Shown here in pieces: positions 26,848-39,154 of a stretch of DNA of 64,000 nt. Where the stretch lies: positions 198,529 through 262,528 of the forward strand of contig NIVC01001317.1 in the NCBI GenBank assembly GCA_002269645.1, written 5' to 3'. The notes beneath the pieces are model-generated. The model did no database searches. It was not told the DNA's origin and saw nothing but the letters and a program-made list of their open reading frames with translations. A program made the position numbers and the translations under genes. Each line of letters begins with the position of its first letter. Within the stretch, counting starts at the first letter, position 1. Source of the stretch: Macrostomum lignano (lineage: Eukaryota).

Positions 26848-26963
26848 CTGGGAGTGGGGAATTACACGGGGGGGTAGTTGAGCTATTCGTTTTAAAGTGA
26901 CAGTACTCACTCGTACTACTAGTGAGTGATTGGGGGTAAAGTAATGCTCTGATTCTATATGCA

Positions 26964-27193
26964 CATAGGGTCCATGAGATTAAGAAAAGATTTACCCGAT
27001 CAAAATGTTTTGTTAGTAACTGCATATCAAATGCATATTCTTATTGTAGGCTTTGATATCTATAAGCATACAGGGGTACATCTGTGAGCTATACATCTGT
27101 GTGCTCACAGATGTTTAATATCTGTGGCTAAATGCGCTGTATGAAGAAAAGCATTGAGGGCAAACCTCGGCGGGCAATTCTCGTGCTCCCATG
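26964..27193. mobile_element. MITE-like insertion in GDPD intron 2, related to the copy at 35225-35410
   Basis: Imperfect terminal inverted repeats (catagggtccatgaga / tctcgtgctcccatg); internal agatttacccgat...tagtaactgcatatc shared with 35325-35400. Confidence 0.45.
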
Positions 27194-27686
27194 TCGTACA
27201 TGTGTTCTTGTTTAGATATAAAAGTATCTCCACCCTTCGTGTGAGGGTTTGACTGTTTTTCTTGGACTGAGCCTGGCCGCTGGTCTCTCGCTCACTACAT
27301 TTGGCGCCGCAAGTACGAGTGGAGAAATCAATTGATTTGGGTGTCAAACCTAGTCGTGGTGCCAATGGCGAAAGGCATGCCGGATGAGAGTGTACATTAG
27401 TGTACACGCCTGATGATAGAGAAGTCAGGGCGGCCTCTGTATACCCTGATGGGAGCATGAGCCTGTGTATCTGTAAATGCTCAGGGTCAACTGAATTGCC
27501 TACTCAATGTCTGCGGGTCGACTGTCGCCTCGAAATAAAGATAGATAATAAAGCGACACTCCACAATCAGGCACACTCTGTCATGTACGCTTTGTGTAGT
27601 CATCAGAGGCGAGTATGGGCTATTGAGTTTGACATCACCGGTTGAGGAATTCGAAAGACTTAACGAGCAGCCAGTGCGGCGATTAC

Positions 27687-28220
27687 CTTGAAATTCTCGC
27701 CCTGCCGCTTAGCCCGCTGCACCAGGTCGGTCGGTCCGGTCACGCGGTACTTGTAGGTGAATTCCGGGCTAGCTGGGTTCGCGGAACCGCCAGCAACCAT
27801 CGCCTTGTGCACCCCGATGCCGTCCAGCTTGAGGTCGCGTCTCCACTGAGTGAGCTTCTCGTCGCTGATGCCAGCAGACTCCTCGAGCTTGTAGACCGGC
27901 AGGTTTGGTAGGAGACGCTTGAGCTCGGCAGCGCACTGCAGCTCGAATGTCTGCAGGTGGATGATGTCCGGCCTGTTATCCACTCCCTCGGCAGTCAGAT
28001 CCGCCGCGATCAGCACCTCCTTGCTGCGATTTGTTCGAGCTGTGAAGTAGCGACAAAGTTTCACCTCGATGAGCAACGCTACCCGTCTCTGATCGGGCTG
28101 TCTCTCCGAGTCCAGGCGCTTCACCAGCTGGATCGCTTCGCGAAGGCTCGGCACCTGCTCTTTGCCGTCGAAGCTGGAGTCCCGAAAGCTTATTCGCTGG
28201 TGCTTGCGAAGCTTCTTAAT
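27687..28220 (-). CDS. GDPD: Glycerophosphodiester phosphodiesterase exon 2 (IKKLR...VPSLREAI...LIEVK...LQTFE...DGIGVHK)
   Basis: In-frame phase-0 splice sites (cctag| and aag|gtaatc); GDPD motifs. Confidence 0.92.
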
Positions 28221-28249
28221 CTAGGTAGCGGTGGAGTTTCAGATTTTTT

Positions 28250-28630
28250 AAACACTTGGTTGAGCTACCGCTCCCTCCAGACACTTGGTTGAGCTATCAC
28301 TCCAGACACTTGGTTGAGCTCCAGACACTTGGCTGAGCTACCACTCCCTCCAGACACTTGGTTGAGCTACCTCTCCTCCTGACACTTGGTTGAGCTACCA
28401 CTTCCTCCTGACACTTGGTTGAGCTACCACTCCAGACACTTGGTTGAGCTATCACTCCAGACACTTGGTTGAGCTATCACTCCAGACACTTGGTTGAGCT
28501 ACGACTCCAGACACTTGGCTGAGCTACCACTTCCTCCTGACACTTGGTTGAGCTACCACTCCCTCCTGACACTTGGTTGAGCTACCACTCCCTCCTGACA
28601 CTTGGTTGAGCTACCACTCCAGACACTTAG
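28250..28630. repeat. Variable-length intronic minisatellite (gacacttggttgagctaccactcc)
   Basis: Direct reading; lies in GDPD intron 1. Confidence 0.92.
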
Positions 28631-28662
28631 AGAGCACAGACGCCCAACCACACAATCTGTAC

Positions 28663-29013
28663 CTCATCCAAGCTGAAGTCCCAGGTGAAATAGTCTGTCA
28701 CATTTTTAGTATAGTTGTCGTCGGAGAAAATCGTATCGGTTTTCAATCGGCCAGCAAACTCTGGCACATCCTTGACGTTAGTAGTCGGCGACAGGTCCGG
28801 TTCGTGCAGCACAATCACCTGGTGGTCCTTGGTGACAGCGGTGTCCAACTCCAGCATGTCGGCACCCTCCTCCGCAGCTTTGGTGAAGGCCAACATGGTG
28901 AGTCCTGGATAGTCGCCGCTGGAACCTCGATGGGCAATGACCCATGGCCGCCCGGCAGCCTCAGAGCTGAACGAAAGCAGAGCCAGCAACAAAGCCAGCA
29001 GCCTGAGAGTCAT
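28663..29013 (-). CDS. GDPD: Glycerophosphodiester phosphodiesterase exon 1 (signal peptide, IAHRG, ELD, LHE)
   Basis: MTLRLLALLLALLSFSSEA leader; catalytic HRG and ExD...H motifs; donor gag|gtacag. Confidence 0.93.
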
Positions 29014-29527
29014 TTTGCACTTTGCTTTGCCTAAATCTATTCTCTGCTATAAGCTGCTTCTTCTAGTTGATCGCCCCTGTTTGATAAGTCAAAATAAGTA
29101 AGCGGGTTCAACAGACGGGCTGGCGCAAAAACTGGAACCCCTGGAGCTCGCAGTCCATTTTATCGGGTGTCGGGTTTAGACTTGGAGGCTCGTTTCGGCT
29201 GATTGGGCCATAAGCTGGTCTGTATCATTTGCACTGCGAGCAAACTGTTCAGAGAGATTAGAGACTGCTTTGGGCTTGATCTACTGCAGCAGTTTAAGAT
29301 TCTCTCTCTCTCTTCTCAGAGCAGTGCCTCAGTGTTGACACGATGTGTAGCGAATAAATTTTCTCGACTAGATTTTCGTACGCTTCTGACGTCTAAGCGC
29401 ATAACTTTAGCTGAAAGTTTGCTGCCTATGTGGGTGTACATGTAGAGAGCTCACAGCCATTTGACGGACAGACAGAGTGAATTACATTCAAGTGCTGTAA
29501 ACACTCTGGTTTCAGGTTTACACTCAT

Positions 29528-30170
29528 AAACTGCTTGGTCTCTGAAGAGTGACTGACTTCTGACTTAAACTGGTCTCTGAAGAGTGATTGCCCTCTGACT
29601 TTAACTGCTTGGTCTCTGAAGAGTGGACTGACTTTTGACTTAAACTGGTCTCTGAAGAGTGATTGACCTCTGACTTTAACTGCTTGGTCTCTGAAGAGTG
29701 ATTGCCCTCTGACTTTAACTGCTTGGTCTCTGAAGAGTGATTGCCCTCTGACTTTAACTGCTTGGTCTCTGAAGAGTGATTGCCCTCTGACTTTAACTGC
29801 TTGGTCTCTGAAGAGTGGACTGACTTCTGACTTAAACTGGTCTCTGAAGAGTGATTGACCTCTGACTTAAACTGGTCTCTGAAGAGTGACTGACTTCTGA
29901 CTTAAACTGGTCTCTGAAGAGTGACTGACTTCTGACTTTAACTGCTTGGTCTCTGAAGAGTGGACTGATTTTTGACTTAAACTGGTCTCTGAAGAGTGAT
30001 TGACCTCTGACTTAAACTGGTCTCTGAAGAGTGACTGACTTCTGACTTTAACTGCTTGGTTTCTGAAGAGTGATTGGCCTCTGACTTAAACTGCTTGGTT
30101 TCTGAAGAGTGATTGGCCTCTGACTTAAACTGCTTGGTTTCTGAAGAGTGATTGGCCTCTGACTTAAACT
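29528..30170. repeat. 35-39-bp satellite (aaactggtctctgaagagtgattgacctctgactt), about 17 units
   Basis: Direct reading; one further unit at about 31099-31142. Confidence 0.95.
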
Positions 30171-30199
30171 AGCTCGTACTTATCTCTGAAGACTGCAGG

Positions 30200-31095
30200 A
30201 ACGCTCCGAACATCAGCGGGGCGGAGGCGAAGGCCCTGCGAGACCTTCGGGGGCGGACAAGTAAATCGTCATCAAACCGGCCGACAAGGGCAGCCAGCTG
30301 GTCATTCTGGACCGGCAGGACTATTTTCACGAGTGCCTGCGTCAGCTGGAGGACCCGCTATTCTACCTGCCCCTGAACGCGCCGACCAATCGCTTCACAG
30401 CCCAGATGATTCGCGCTGTCTTCAAGTCGCTGCTGGACCGCAGAATCATCGACCATTGCTAGTCAACGCATTCAGCCCGAAGAGCGAGTTCCGCACGATG
30501 CACTTCTACATCCTTCCGAAGATCCACAAGCCCGTCGAGTCGTGGCCGCTCGGCGATATTCCCCCGGGTTGGCCCATCGTGTCTGATGTCGACAGCGAGT
30601 CCTACGCCAGTGGCCGATTAATCGACAGCATCCTGCATCCGCGGGATCGCCTGTCCGGCATACGAGGAGACCTTTCTGTTCACCATGGACGTCACCAGCC
30701 TGTACACCAACATCCCGACGGAGGCCAGTCTCGAGTGCGTTAGGAGGGCGTTTTAGGGAGCGGAGCGCAAAAACTTCGAGTTCGACGGCGGATACTTCCT
30801 GCAGGTGAAAGGCACTGCCATGGGGAAGTCGTTCGCGCCCAGCTACAGTAGCATCTACATGGGCTACTGGGAGCAGAGAGGCCTGGAGACCAGCCCGCAG
30901 AAGCCCAGCCTGTGGCTCAGCTACATCGACGACGTCTTTGGAGTGTGGCGGGGAACAGATGCGGAGCTGGTCCAGTACCACCAACATCTGGAAGCCCTCG
31001 ACCCGAACATCCGGCTTCAATTGAGCTACGAGTACAGCAGCACAGAGGTCAACTTCCTGGACGCCACCGTCTTCTGGGACCGTGAGGGCGACAGT
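30200..31095 (+). mobile_element. Decayed Penelope-like element (PLE) reverse transcriptase fragment
   Basis: IVIKPADKG, FYILPKIHK..PPGWPIVS, FTMDVTSLYTNIP, GTAMGKSFAPSY, YIDD (30922-30933), VNFLD; stops, frameshifts and internal deletions; no GIY-YIG domain seen. Confidence 0.92.
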
Positions 31096-32017
31096 CTTTG
31101 GTCTCTGAAGAGTGATTGGCCTCTGACTTGAGTTGCTTGGTCTATTACAAGCAAAAAATGCACAAAAAATGCGTTATACACTACTGCCAGTACGATTGTC
31201 AAGGCCTTTTGAACTAGCTCGTACACGCGTATAATCTCAATTTGTACTATGCTATGCCTTTTTGTTTCATCTGCAATAAAACCTGGACTGGCGACATCGG
31301 CATTATTACCGGCGTCAAGAAGATGGCGGTGGAGGTCTTAACTAATTAAACCAATTACAGAAAGCAACCGCAAGTTAAGCAGACTTGGCGGCGGTTAGTT
31401 CGCAAGCTTTGAAGTTAAAGGTTAATGAAAGCAAGCGCGAGTATTGAATAGAATTTTACGAAAAGTCTTTTAATTTTCTCACATTTTATTAACTACTTTA
31501 GCCTTTTTGATTTGCTTCTCCACTCTCTCTTTCTTTGATCTATGCTGCAAAATTTCTTTGTTCCCATCCGTGTAGAGAAGTAGAAACACGCGATGTACAA
31601 AGAGACGAAATCTCACAGCGAGGCGGCCCTGCGGTGTGCATAATACCACTGGGCGGATGGGGATGAGTAATAGGGAAGGAAACCCCGTGGTCACGCCCAG
31701 CCTTAGCCAAATGCTACCGCCCACCCATACTGGCCTCATTTGGGTCTCGAATATCGATTCGGACACACGGGCAGCTCAGTTTCTTTGAGTGTCCGAGTTT
31801 GAGAATCAATGATATATGAGCAGATGAGGACTGGCGAGAGGGTATTAGGGCTTCCATAGTAGCAACCCATGTAAGGCGGTCATACAGACGTACAAGACTA
31901 ATGAGATATGGCAGGTGAGTACCGCACTGGGGCATTGGGCAGAAAAGGGAATGGCTGCAGGTTTAACTATTTTTTTTAACCTGTGTACTGCTTTGGACCC
32001 TGGAGATAGAGCCCCTG

Positions 32018-32585
32018 TATTTGATAAGCCAGTCCCCCCCTCCCTACCTGCTTTGATAAGCCAGTCCCCCCTCTCTACCTGCTTTGATAAGCCAGTCCCC
32101 CCTCTCTACCTGCTTTGATAAGCCAGTCCCTCCCTCCCTCTCTACCTGCTTTGATAAGCCAGTCCTCCCCTCTCTACCTGCTTCGATAAGCCAGTCCCCC
32201 CTCTCTACCTGCTTTGATAAGCCAGTCCCCCCTCTCTACCTGCTTTGATAAGCCAGTCCCCCCTCTCTACCTGCTTTGATAAGCCAGTCCCTCCCTCCCT
32301 CTCTACCTGCTTTGATAAGCCAGTCCTCCCCTCTCTACCTGCTTCGATAAGCCAGTCCCCCCTCTCTACCTGCTTTGATAAGCCAGTCCCTCCCTCTCTA
32401 CCTGCTTTGATAAGCCAGTCCCCCCCTCTCTACCTGCTTTGATAAGCCAGTCCCTCCCTCTCTACCTGCTTTGATAAGCCAGTCCCTCTCTACCTGCTTT
32501 GATAAGCCAATCCCTCTCTACCTGCTTTGATAAGCCAGTCCCTCCCTCTCTACCTGCTTTGATAAGCCATTCCCTCCCTCTACCT
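32018..32585. repeat. About 30-35-bp minisatellite (ctctctacctgctttgataagccagtcccc)
   Basis: Direct reading. Confidence 0.93.
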
Positions 32586-33061
32586 GTCATCTATAGACCA
32601 ATTTGGAAGGACGTTTATCCCTCCCAGTTTCCAAATCCAACGCAGGCATACTCGTACGAGCTAGAATATTACTCCTAGGGCTTGCCGGATAGCAGAGCTT
32701 CAATTTTTTGTTTTGTCATTTAGCCTCTCTTTTGATTTCGGCTCTGTTTGCCATCGTCTCCGTTTCGTCCCCCTGCCACTGCCGTCGCACCGCCCACTCG
32801 ATGCCAGGGCAGCGAAGGCGGACCCCGCCCAGGCCTTGAGCGTCCGATTGATTCAATTCCGATCTCTTAAGTTTTCTCTTTTCTGCTTCAGACGTTAGCG
32901 CTATCTCTTAGCACTGCTAAGCGAATACGAGTAGCTCTACCCCGGAACGAAAGGCCGAGTGCTTAATTGCGAATCCGGCAGGCACCCGAAATTCGGCCTT
33001 CCTCGCCTCTCTCTTCCTCACTCTCCTCTCGCCTCTTGCATGCTGTGCACGTTCCGCACTG

Positions 33062-33242
<181 letters not shown>

Positions 33243-33584
33243 ATTGAACTGCTGAAAGTGAATCGGAAATAGCGGAGAAATTCTGGGATAGTGGGGGTAG
33301 TGGTGGTGAAAGGATTTCATAAGCCATTATTTTCTTCCCATTTTTACGATGCAATTTTTTTCGTCGGTGGTTTTTTGCCGCCTTAAAATTGGGCTCCGCA
33401 TGAGCGGTCGCCCGGCAAAATTTATTCGATTTGGCATTTCTCCCCGCAGCCGAAGCCTCTGCTCCAACCTGCTGGAATCAGTTTTTGCTCTGCATCCCCA
33501 GATTGTGGCCGCTATGCAATTTTTTTGAATTCACTGAAATAGGTCAATTAATTGTGTTTTTCAAAGGTCTAAACTCTAAACTCA

Positions 33585-34125
33585 CAGTCAATCTGTCACA
33601 GTCACTCTTATGTCACAGTCACTATGACACAGTCAGTCTGTCACAGTCACTCTGTCACAGACACTTTGTCACAGTAACGTTTCTGTCACAGTCACTCTGT
33701 CACAGTCGCTCTGTCACAGTCACTCTGTCACAGTCACTCTGTCACAGTCACTCTTATGTCACAGTCACTCTGACACAGTCACTCTGTCACAGTCACTCTT
33801 ATGTCACAGTCACTCTGTCACAGTCACTCTGTCACAGTAACTCTGTCACAGTCACTTTGTCACAGTCACCCTGTCACAGTCACTCTGTAACAGTCACTCT
33901 TATGTCACAGTCACTATGACACAGTCACTCTTATGTCACAGTCACTATGACACAGTCACTCTTATGTCACAGTCACTATGACACAGTCACTCTTATGTCA
34001 CAGTCACTATGACACAGTCACTCTTATGTCACAGTCACTCTGTCACAGTCACTCTGTCGCAGTCACTCTTCTGTCACAGTCTGCCTGCTATACTCTATTT
34101 CTCAGAATCGTCTGTCACTCTCACT
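33585..34125. repeat. 14/18-bp minisatellite (gtcacagtcactct)
   Basis: Direct reading. Confidence 0.93.
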
Positions 34126-34594
34126 CTGTCACTCTCCTTCTATTCCTTTCCCTCTCCACCTCTCAACCTCCGACTTTGTAGACTCCCACCCCGTTCCTGC
34201 CCTCCCTCTCTCTTTAATCCCGTCAGCACCCTGAGACCACTGATCGGCACCAGTCAGGGAGAGACCAAGCCAGCAAACCGGTTCCTCTCCGCATCAGAGC
34301 TCATTTCTGGTCCTCGCATAGAACTCCACACTTTCCCCTTCTCTCTGTCCCTGTCTGCTTCGGCCCAGGATTCAGGGCTGCCTTCCAATTGCGAAAGCCC
34401 GCCTGCCCCTGCTTCACCCTCTCTGCACTTTTCATTTGCTGCCCAGAGCCGGGGCTGTGAGGAGCGCAGAGGGGCAGAGAGGTTCTGAATAAATACACAG
34501 CATCATGGAGCTGGGAGTGCATTGTATCAACCAGCATTGCCCAGCAGGTGTCATATTTTTTAATATTCATATCGGCACTTTCCTCTCAGAAGCA

Positions 34595-34610
34595 ATGTCC
34601 CGACTGTCAG
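34595..34610 (+). CDS. TNFAIP8: Predicted short first coding exon of TNFAIP8 (MSRLS+G)
   Basis: ATG followed by strong donor cag|gtatga in phase 1, matching the acceptor at 35764/35765; alternatives exist. Confidence 0.4.
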
Positions 34611-34720
34611 GTATGATTAGCGCTTTATTTTATCTGCTATTGCAACCATTTAAGCATTTTTGCTTTGTAAATAACTTTGGGTAGGTCAATATATCAATAC
34701 GAGTGCATTATTGAATACTC

Positions 34721-35110
34721 ATTCATAATTCATTGTTCAAGGTTCATTATTGATTATTGACTATTGATTATTGATTATTTCCCATTCATAATTCATTGTT
34801 CAAGGTTCATTATTGATTATTGACTATTGATTATTGATTATTTCCCATTCATAATTCATTGTTCAAGGTTCATTATTGATTATTGACTATTGATTATTGA
34901 TTATTTCCCATTCATAATTCATTGTTCAAGGTTCATTATTGATTATTGACTATTGATTATTGATTATTTCCCATTCATAATTCATTGTTCAAGGTTCATT
35001 ATTGATTATTGACTATTGATTATTGATTATTTCCCATTCATAATTCATTGTTCAAGGTTCATTATTGATTATTGACTATTGATTATTGATTATTTCCCAT
35101 TCATAATTCA
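34721..35110. repeat. 63-bp AT-rich tandem repeat, about 6 copies
   Basis: Unit starts at 34721, 34784 and 34847. Confidence 0.95.
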
Positions 35111-35764
35111 TAATCAATTATATATAATTCATATAATTCATATTCATTATTCATTATTCATTAGTCATCATTCATTGTTCAGTATTTACTATTCATTATT
35201 CATTAATAATCATTAATCATTCAGTATGGGGTGCATAAGAATTGCCCGCCGAGGTTTCCCGCAATGCTTTTTTTAGCGCAGTTTGCTGCATTGCCTTCCC
35301 AATGCTTAGTAAGTCTTAATAAAGAGATTTACCCGATAAAAACGTTTAGATAGTAACTGCATATCGAATTCATGTTTTTCTTGTAGGTTTTCATTCCTAT
35401 AATAGTTACTTATCAATTATTACTGTACCATTACTCAATCGCAAATCGAGGTGTAAACAAACGGATTTTGGCTATACTCTTTTTCTGTAGTTTCCTTCAC
35501 TTTGAGTGCATATCTCTTAAATTGCATTGTTTAAGATGAATTTTTTCCCTCCTCTGGGGGGTTGGACAAGATAATTTGCAATCCATCATGCAGGTAACGT
35601 GGGCCTGCTCGGGGGGTAAGCCATAAGCTTCAAAACCTTCGAGTATCAGTAAAAATTAATAATTCTTTCCCCTCACTGTAAATAAGCAAAAAACGCTAAC
35701 TTTGCTACTGAAGAAGAGTAGATCTAGTAATTCTGGAATCTGTGACTGGCCCCCTCACATGCAG

Positions 35765-36393
35765 ATCCTGAGTCCAACGGTAAGGCCAAGGGCGCCTGTG
35801 CCGGAGCGAGCGGCGGCGGCGGCGGCCCAGATGACGGCAATTTCAACTCCAACTCAATCAGCGTCCGAGCGCAGAAAAAACTAATCGGCACCTTGGCCAA
35901 TAAATCTGCTTTGAAAATTTTCTTAGACTCAACATCGGCCAGGCTGCTGGACGAGCTGTACAGAATCGTGAAGCTGTGGTGCGGCTCTCGGCACTCCGCC
36001 AAGCAGCTCATGAAGCAGGTGGTGAAGATCAACATGAAGATCGGGGTGCTCTACCTCAACAATGTGCTCAACGAGGACGAAAAGAATCTTGTGGAAGACT
36101 TTCGCGACTGCTTCAGCGAGTTGGCCGAAGCCGCAGTTCGGACGTTTCGACTCGAGCGACAGCCGGACATCGGCGAGGCCATCGGCCGGGTGCAGCGCTG
36201 CGAGGACCTGGTGCTGCGGGCCACCCGGCGCCACCTCAGCGAGAAGTCGCTGCGCGGCGTCCGCTCCTGCGCCGCCTTCTTCTCTGACAGGAAATTCCTG
36301 GAGGCCCTGCTGGATCCGGGATCCAGCCTGGCGGTTCACATGGCACCTCTGTGCGATGGCGTTCAGGAGCTGCTAGACAGGGGCGTCATCTGA
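35765..36393 (+). CDS. TNFAIP8: TNFAIP8/TIPE family protein, main coding exon
   Basis: FNSNSISVRAQKKLIGTLANKS..LDSTSARLLDELYR..HLSEKS..FLEALLDP..LCDGVQELLDRGVI matches the family pattern. The frame is open upstream of the TTG called by the track, to an acceptor at 35764; an in-frame stop lies at 35743. Confidence 0.92.
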
Positions 36394-38795
36394 ATGTCAT
36401 CTGGGCCATAGACACCTGTGTGCTTACCTGTGATCTGAAGTCTCATCTGGGCCATAGACACCTGTGTGCTTACCTGTGATCTGAAGTCTCATCTGGGCCA
36501 TAGACACCTGTGTGCTTACCTGTGTTCTGAATGTCTCATCTGGGCCATAGACACCTGTGTGCTTACCTGTGTTCTGAATGTCTCATCTGGGCCATAGACA
36601 CCTGTGTGCTTACCTGTGTTCTGAATGTCTCATCTGGGCCATAGACACCTGTGTGCTTACCTGTGTTCTGAATGTCTCATCTGGGCCATAGACACCTGTG
36701 TGCTTACCTGTGTTCTGAATGTCTCATCTGGGCCATAGACACCTGTGTGCTTACCTGTGTTCTGAATGTCTCATCTGGGCCATAGACACCTGTGTGCTTA
36801 CCTGTGTTCTGAATGTCTCATCTGGGCCATAGACACCTGTGTGCTTACCTGTGTTCAGAATGTCTCATCTGGGCCATAGACACCTGTGTGCTTACCTGTG
36901 TTCAGAATGTCTCATCTGGGCCATAGACACCTGTGTGCTTACCTGTGTTCTGAATGTCTCATCTGGGTCATAGACACCTGTGTGCTTACCTGTGATCTGA
37001 AGTCTCATCTGGGCCATAGACACCTGTGTGCTTACCTGTGTTCTGAATGTCTCATCTGGGCCATAGACACCTGTGTGCTTACCTGTGTTCTGAATGTCTC
37101 ATCTGGGCCATAGACACCTGTGTGCTTACCTGTGTTCTGAATGTCTCATCTGGGCCATAGACACCTGTGTGCTTACCTGTGTTCTGAATGTCTCATCTGG
37201 GCCATAGACACCTGTGTGCTTACCTGTGTTCTGAATGTCTCATCTGGGCCATAGACACCTGTGTGCTTGCCTGTGTTCTGAATGTCTCATCTGGGCCATA
37301 GACACCTGTGTGCTTACCTGTGTTCAGAATGTCTCATCTGGGCCATAGACACCTGTGTGCTTACCTGTGTTCTGAATGTCTCATCTGGGCCATAGACACC
37401 TGTGTGCTTACCTGTGTTCAGAATGTCTCATCTGGGCCATAGACACCTGTGTGCTTACCTGTGTTCTGAATGTCTCATCTGGGCCATAGACACCTGTGTG
37501 CTTACCTGTGTTCTGAATGTCTCATCTGGGCCATAGACACCTGTGTGCTTACCTGTGTTCAGAATGTCTCATCTGGGTCATAGACACCTGTGTGCTTACC
37601 TGTGTTCTGAATGTCTCATCTGGGCCATAGACACCTGTGTGCTTACCTGTGTTCTGAATGTCTCATCTGGGCCATAGACACCTGTGTGCTTGCCTGTGTT
37701 CTGAATGTCTCATCTGGGCCATAGACACCTGTGTGCTTACCTGTGTTCTGAATGTCTCATCTGGGCCATAGACACCTGTGTGCTTACCTGTGTTCTGAAT
37801 GTCTCATCTGGGCCATAGACACCTGTGTGCTTACCTGTGTTCTGAATGTCTCATCTGGGCCATAGACACCTGTGTGCTTACCTGTGTTCAGAATGTCTCA
37901 TCTGGGTCATTGACACCTGTGTGCTTACCTGTGTTCTGAATGTCTTATCTGGGCCATAGACACCTGTGTGCTTACCTGTGTTCTGAATGTCTCATCTGGG
38001 CCATAGACACCTGTGTGCTTACCTGTGTTCTGAATGTCTCATCTGGGCCATAGACACCTGTGTGCTTACCTGTGTTCAGAATGTCTCATCTGGGCCATAG
38101 ACACCTGTGTTCTTACCTGTGTTCTGAATGTCTCATCTGGGCCATAGACACCTGTGTGCTTACCTGTGTTCTGAATGTCTCATCTGGGCCATAGACACCT
38201 GTGTGCTTACCTGTGTTCTGAATGTCTCATCTGGGCCATAGACACCTGTGTGCTTACCTGTGTTCTGAATGTCTCATCTGGGCCATAGACACCTGTGTGC
38301 TTACCTGTGTTCTGAATGTCTCATCTGGGCCATAGACACCTGTGTGCTTACCTGTGTTCTGAATGTCTCATCTGGGCCATAGACACCTGTGTGCTTACCT
38401 GTGTTCTGAATGTCTCATCTGGGCCATAGACACCTGTGTGCTTACCTGTGTTCAGAATGTCTCATCTGGGCCATAGACACCTGTGTGCTTACCTGTGTTC
38501 AGAATGTCTCATCTGGGCCATAGACACCTGTGTGCTTACCTGTGTTCTGAATGTCTCATCTGGGCCATAGACACCTGTGTGCTTACCTGTGTTCAGAATG
38601 TCTCATCTGGGCCATAGACACCTGTGTGCTTACCTGTGTTCTGAATGTCTCATCTGGGCCATAGACACCTGTGTGCTTACCTGTGTTCTGAATGTCTCAT
38701 CTGGGCCATAGACACCTGTGTGCTTATCTGTGTTCTGAATGTCTCATCTGGGCCATAGACACCTGTGTGCTTACCTGTGTTCTGAATGTCATCTG
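36384..38795. repeat. 47-bp satellite, about 51 copies, starting at the TNFAIP8 stop codon
   Basis: Unit gaatgtctcatctgggccatagacacctgtgtgcttacctgtgttct; starts at 36529 and 36576. Confidence 0.97.
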
Positions 38796-39154
38796 GCCAT
38801 CGAAACAGACTTGGACTCGAAATCACTGTCTAAATTACTAATAAACCAAACAATAATTCTTGCTATTCTGTAGAACATAAAAGCATTAGTACATCATTTT
38901 CCTCCTCTTTGCACGCTGGTGCGTTTTCAAACTTGTCTGCAGTATAAACCTACTGTAAGCCATGAGCAGGTATCTTCCGAAACTTGAAATTTTTCAATAA
39001 AAATGTCACTTTACTCACTTGCGCTGCACTGGGCCGATTCGCCTCTGTTTTCGATATTAATTTACTGGAACGGTCTGAAACAACTACTTGGAAAGTAGTG
39101 TATAATGCCAAGCCACGCTAATACTGTTGTATTCCAGGTAATGTTGCTAGATTG

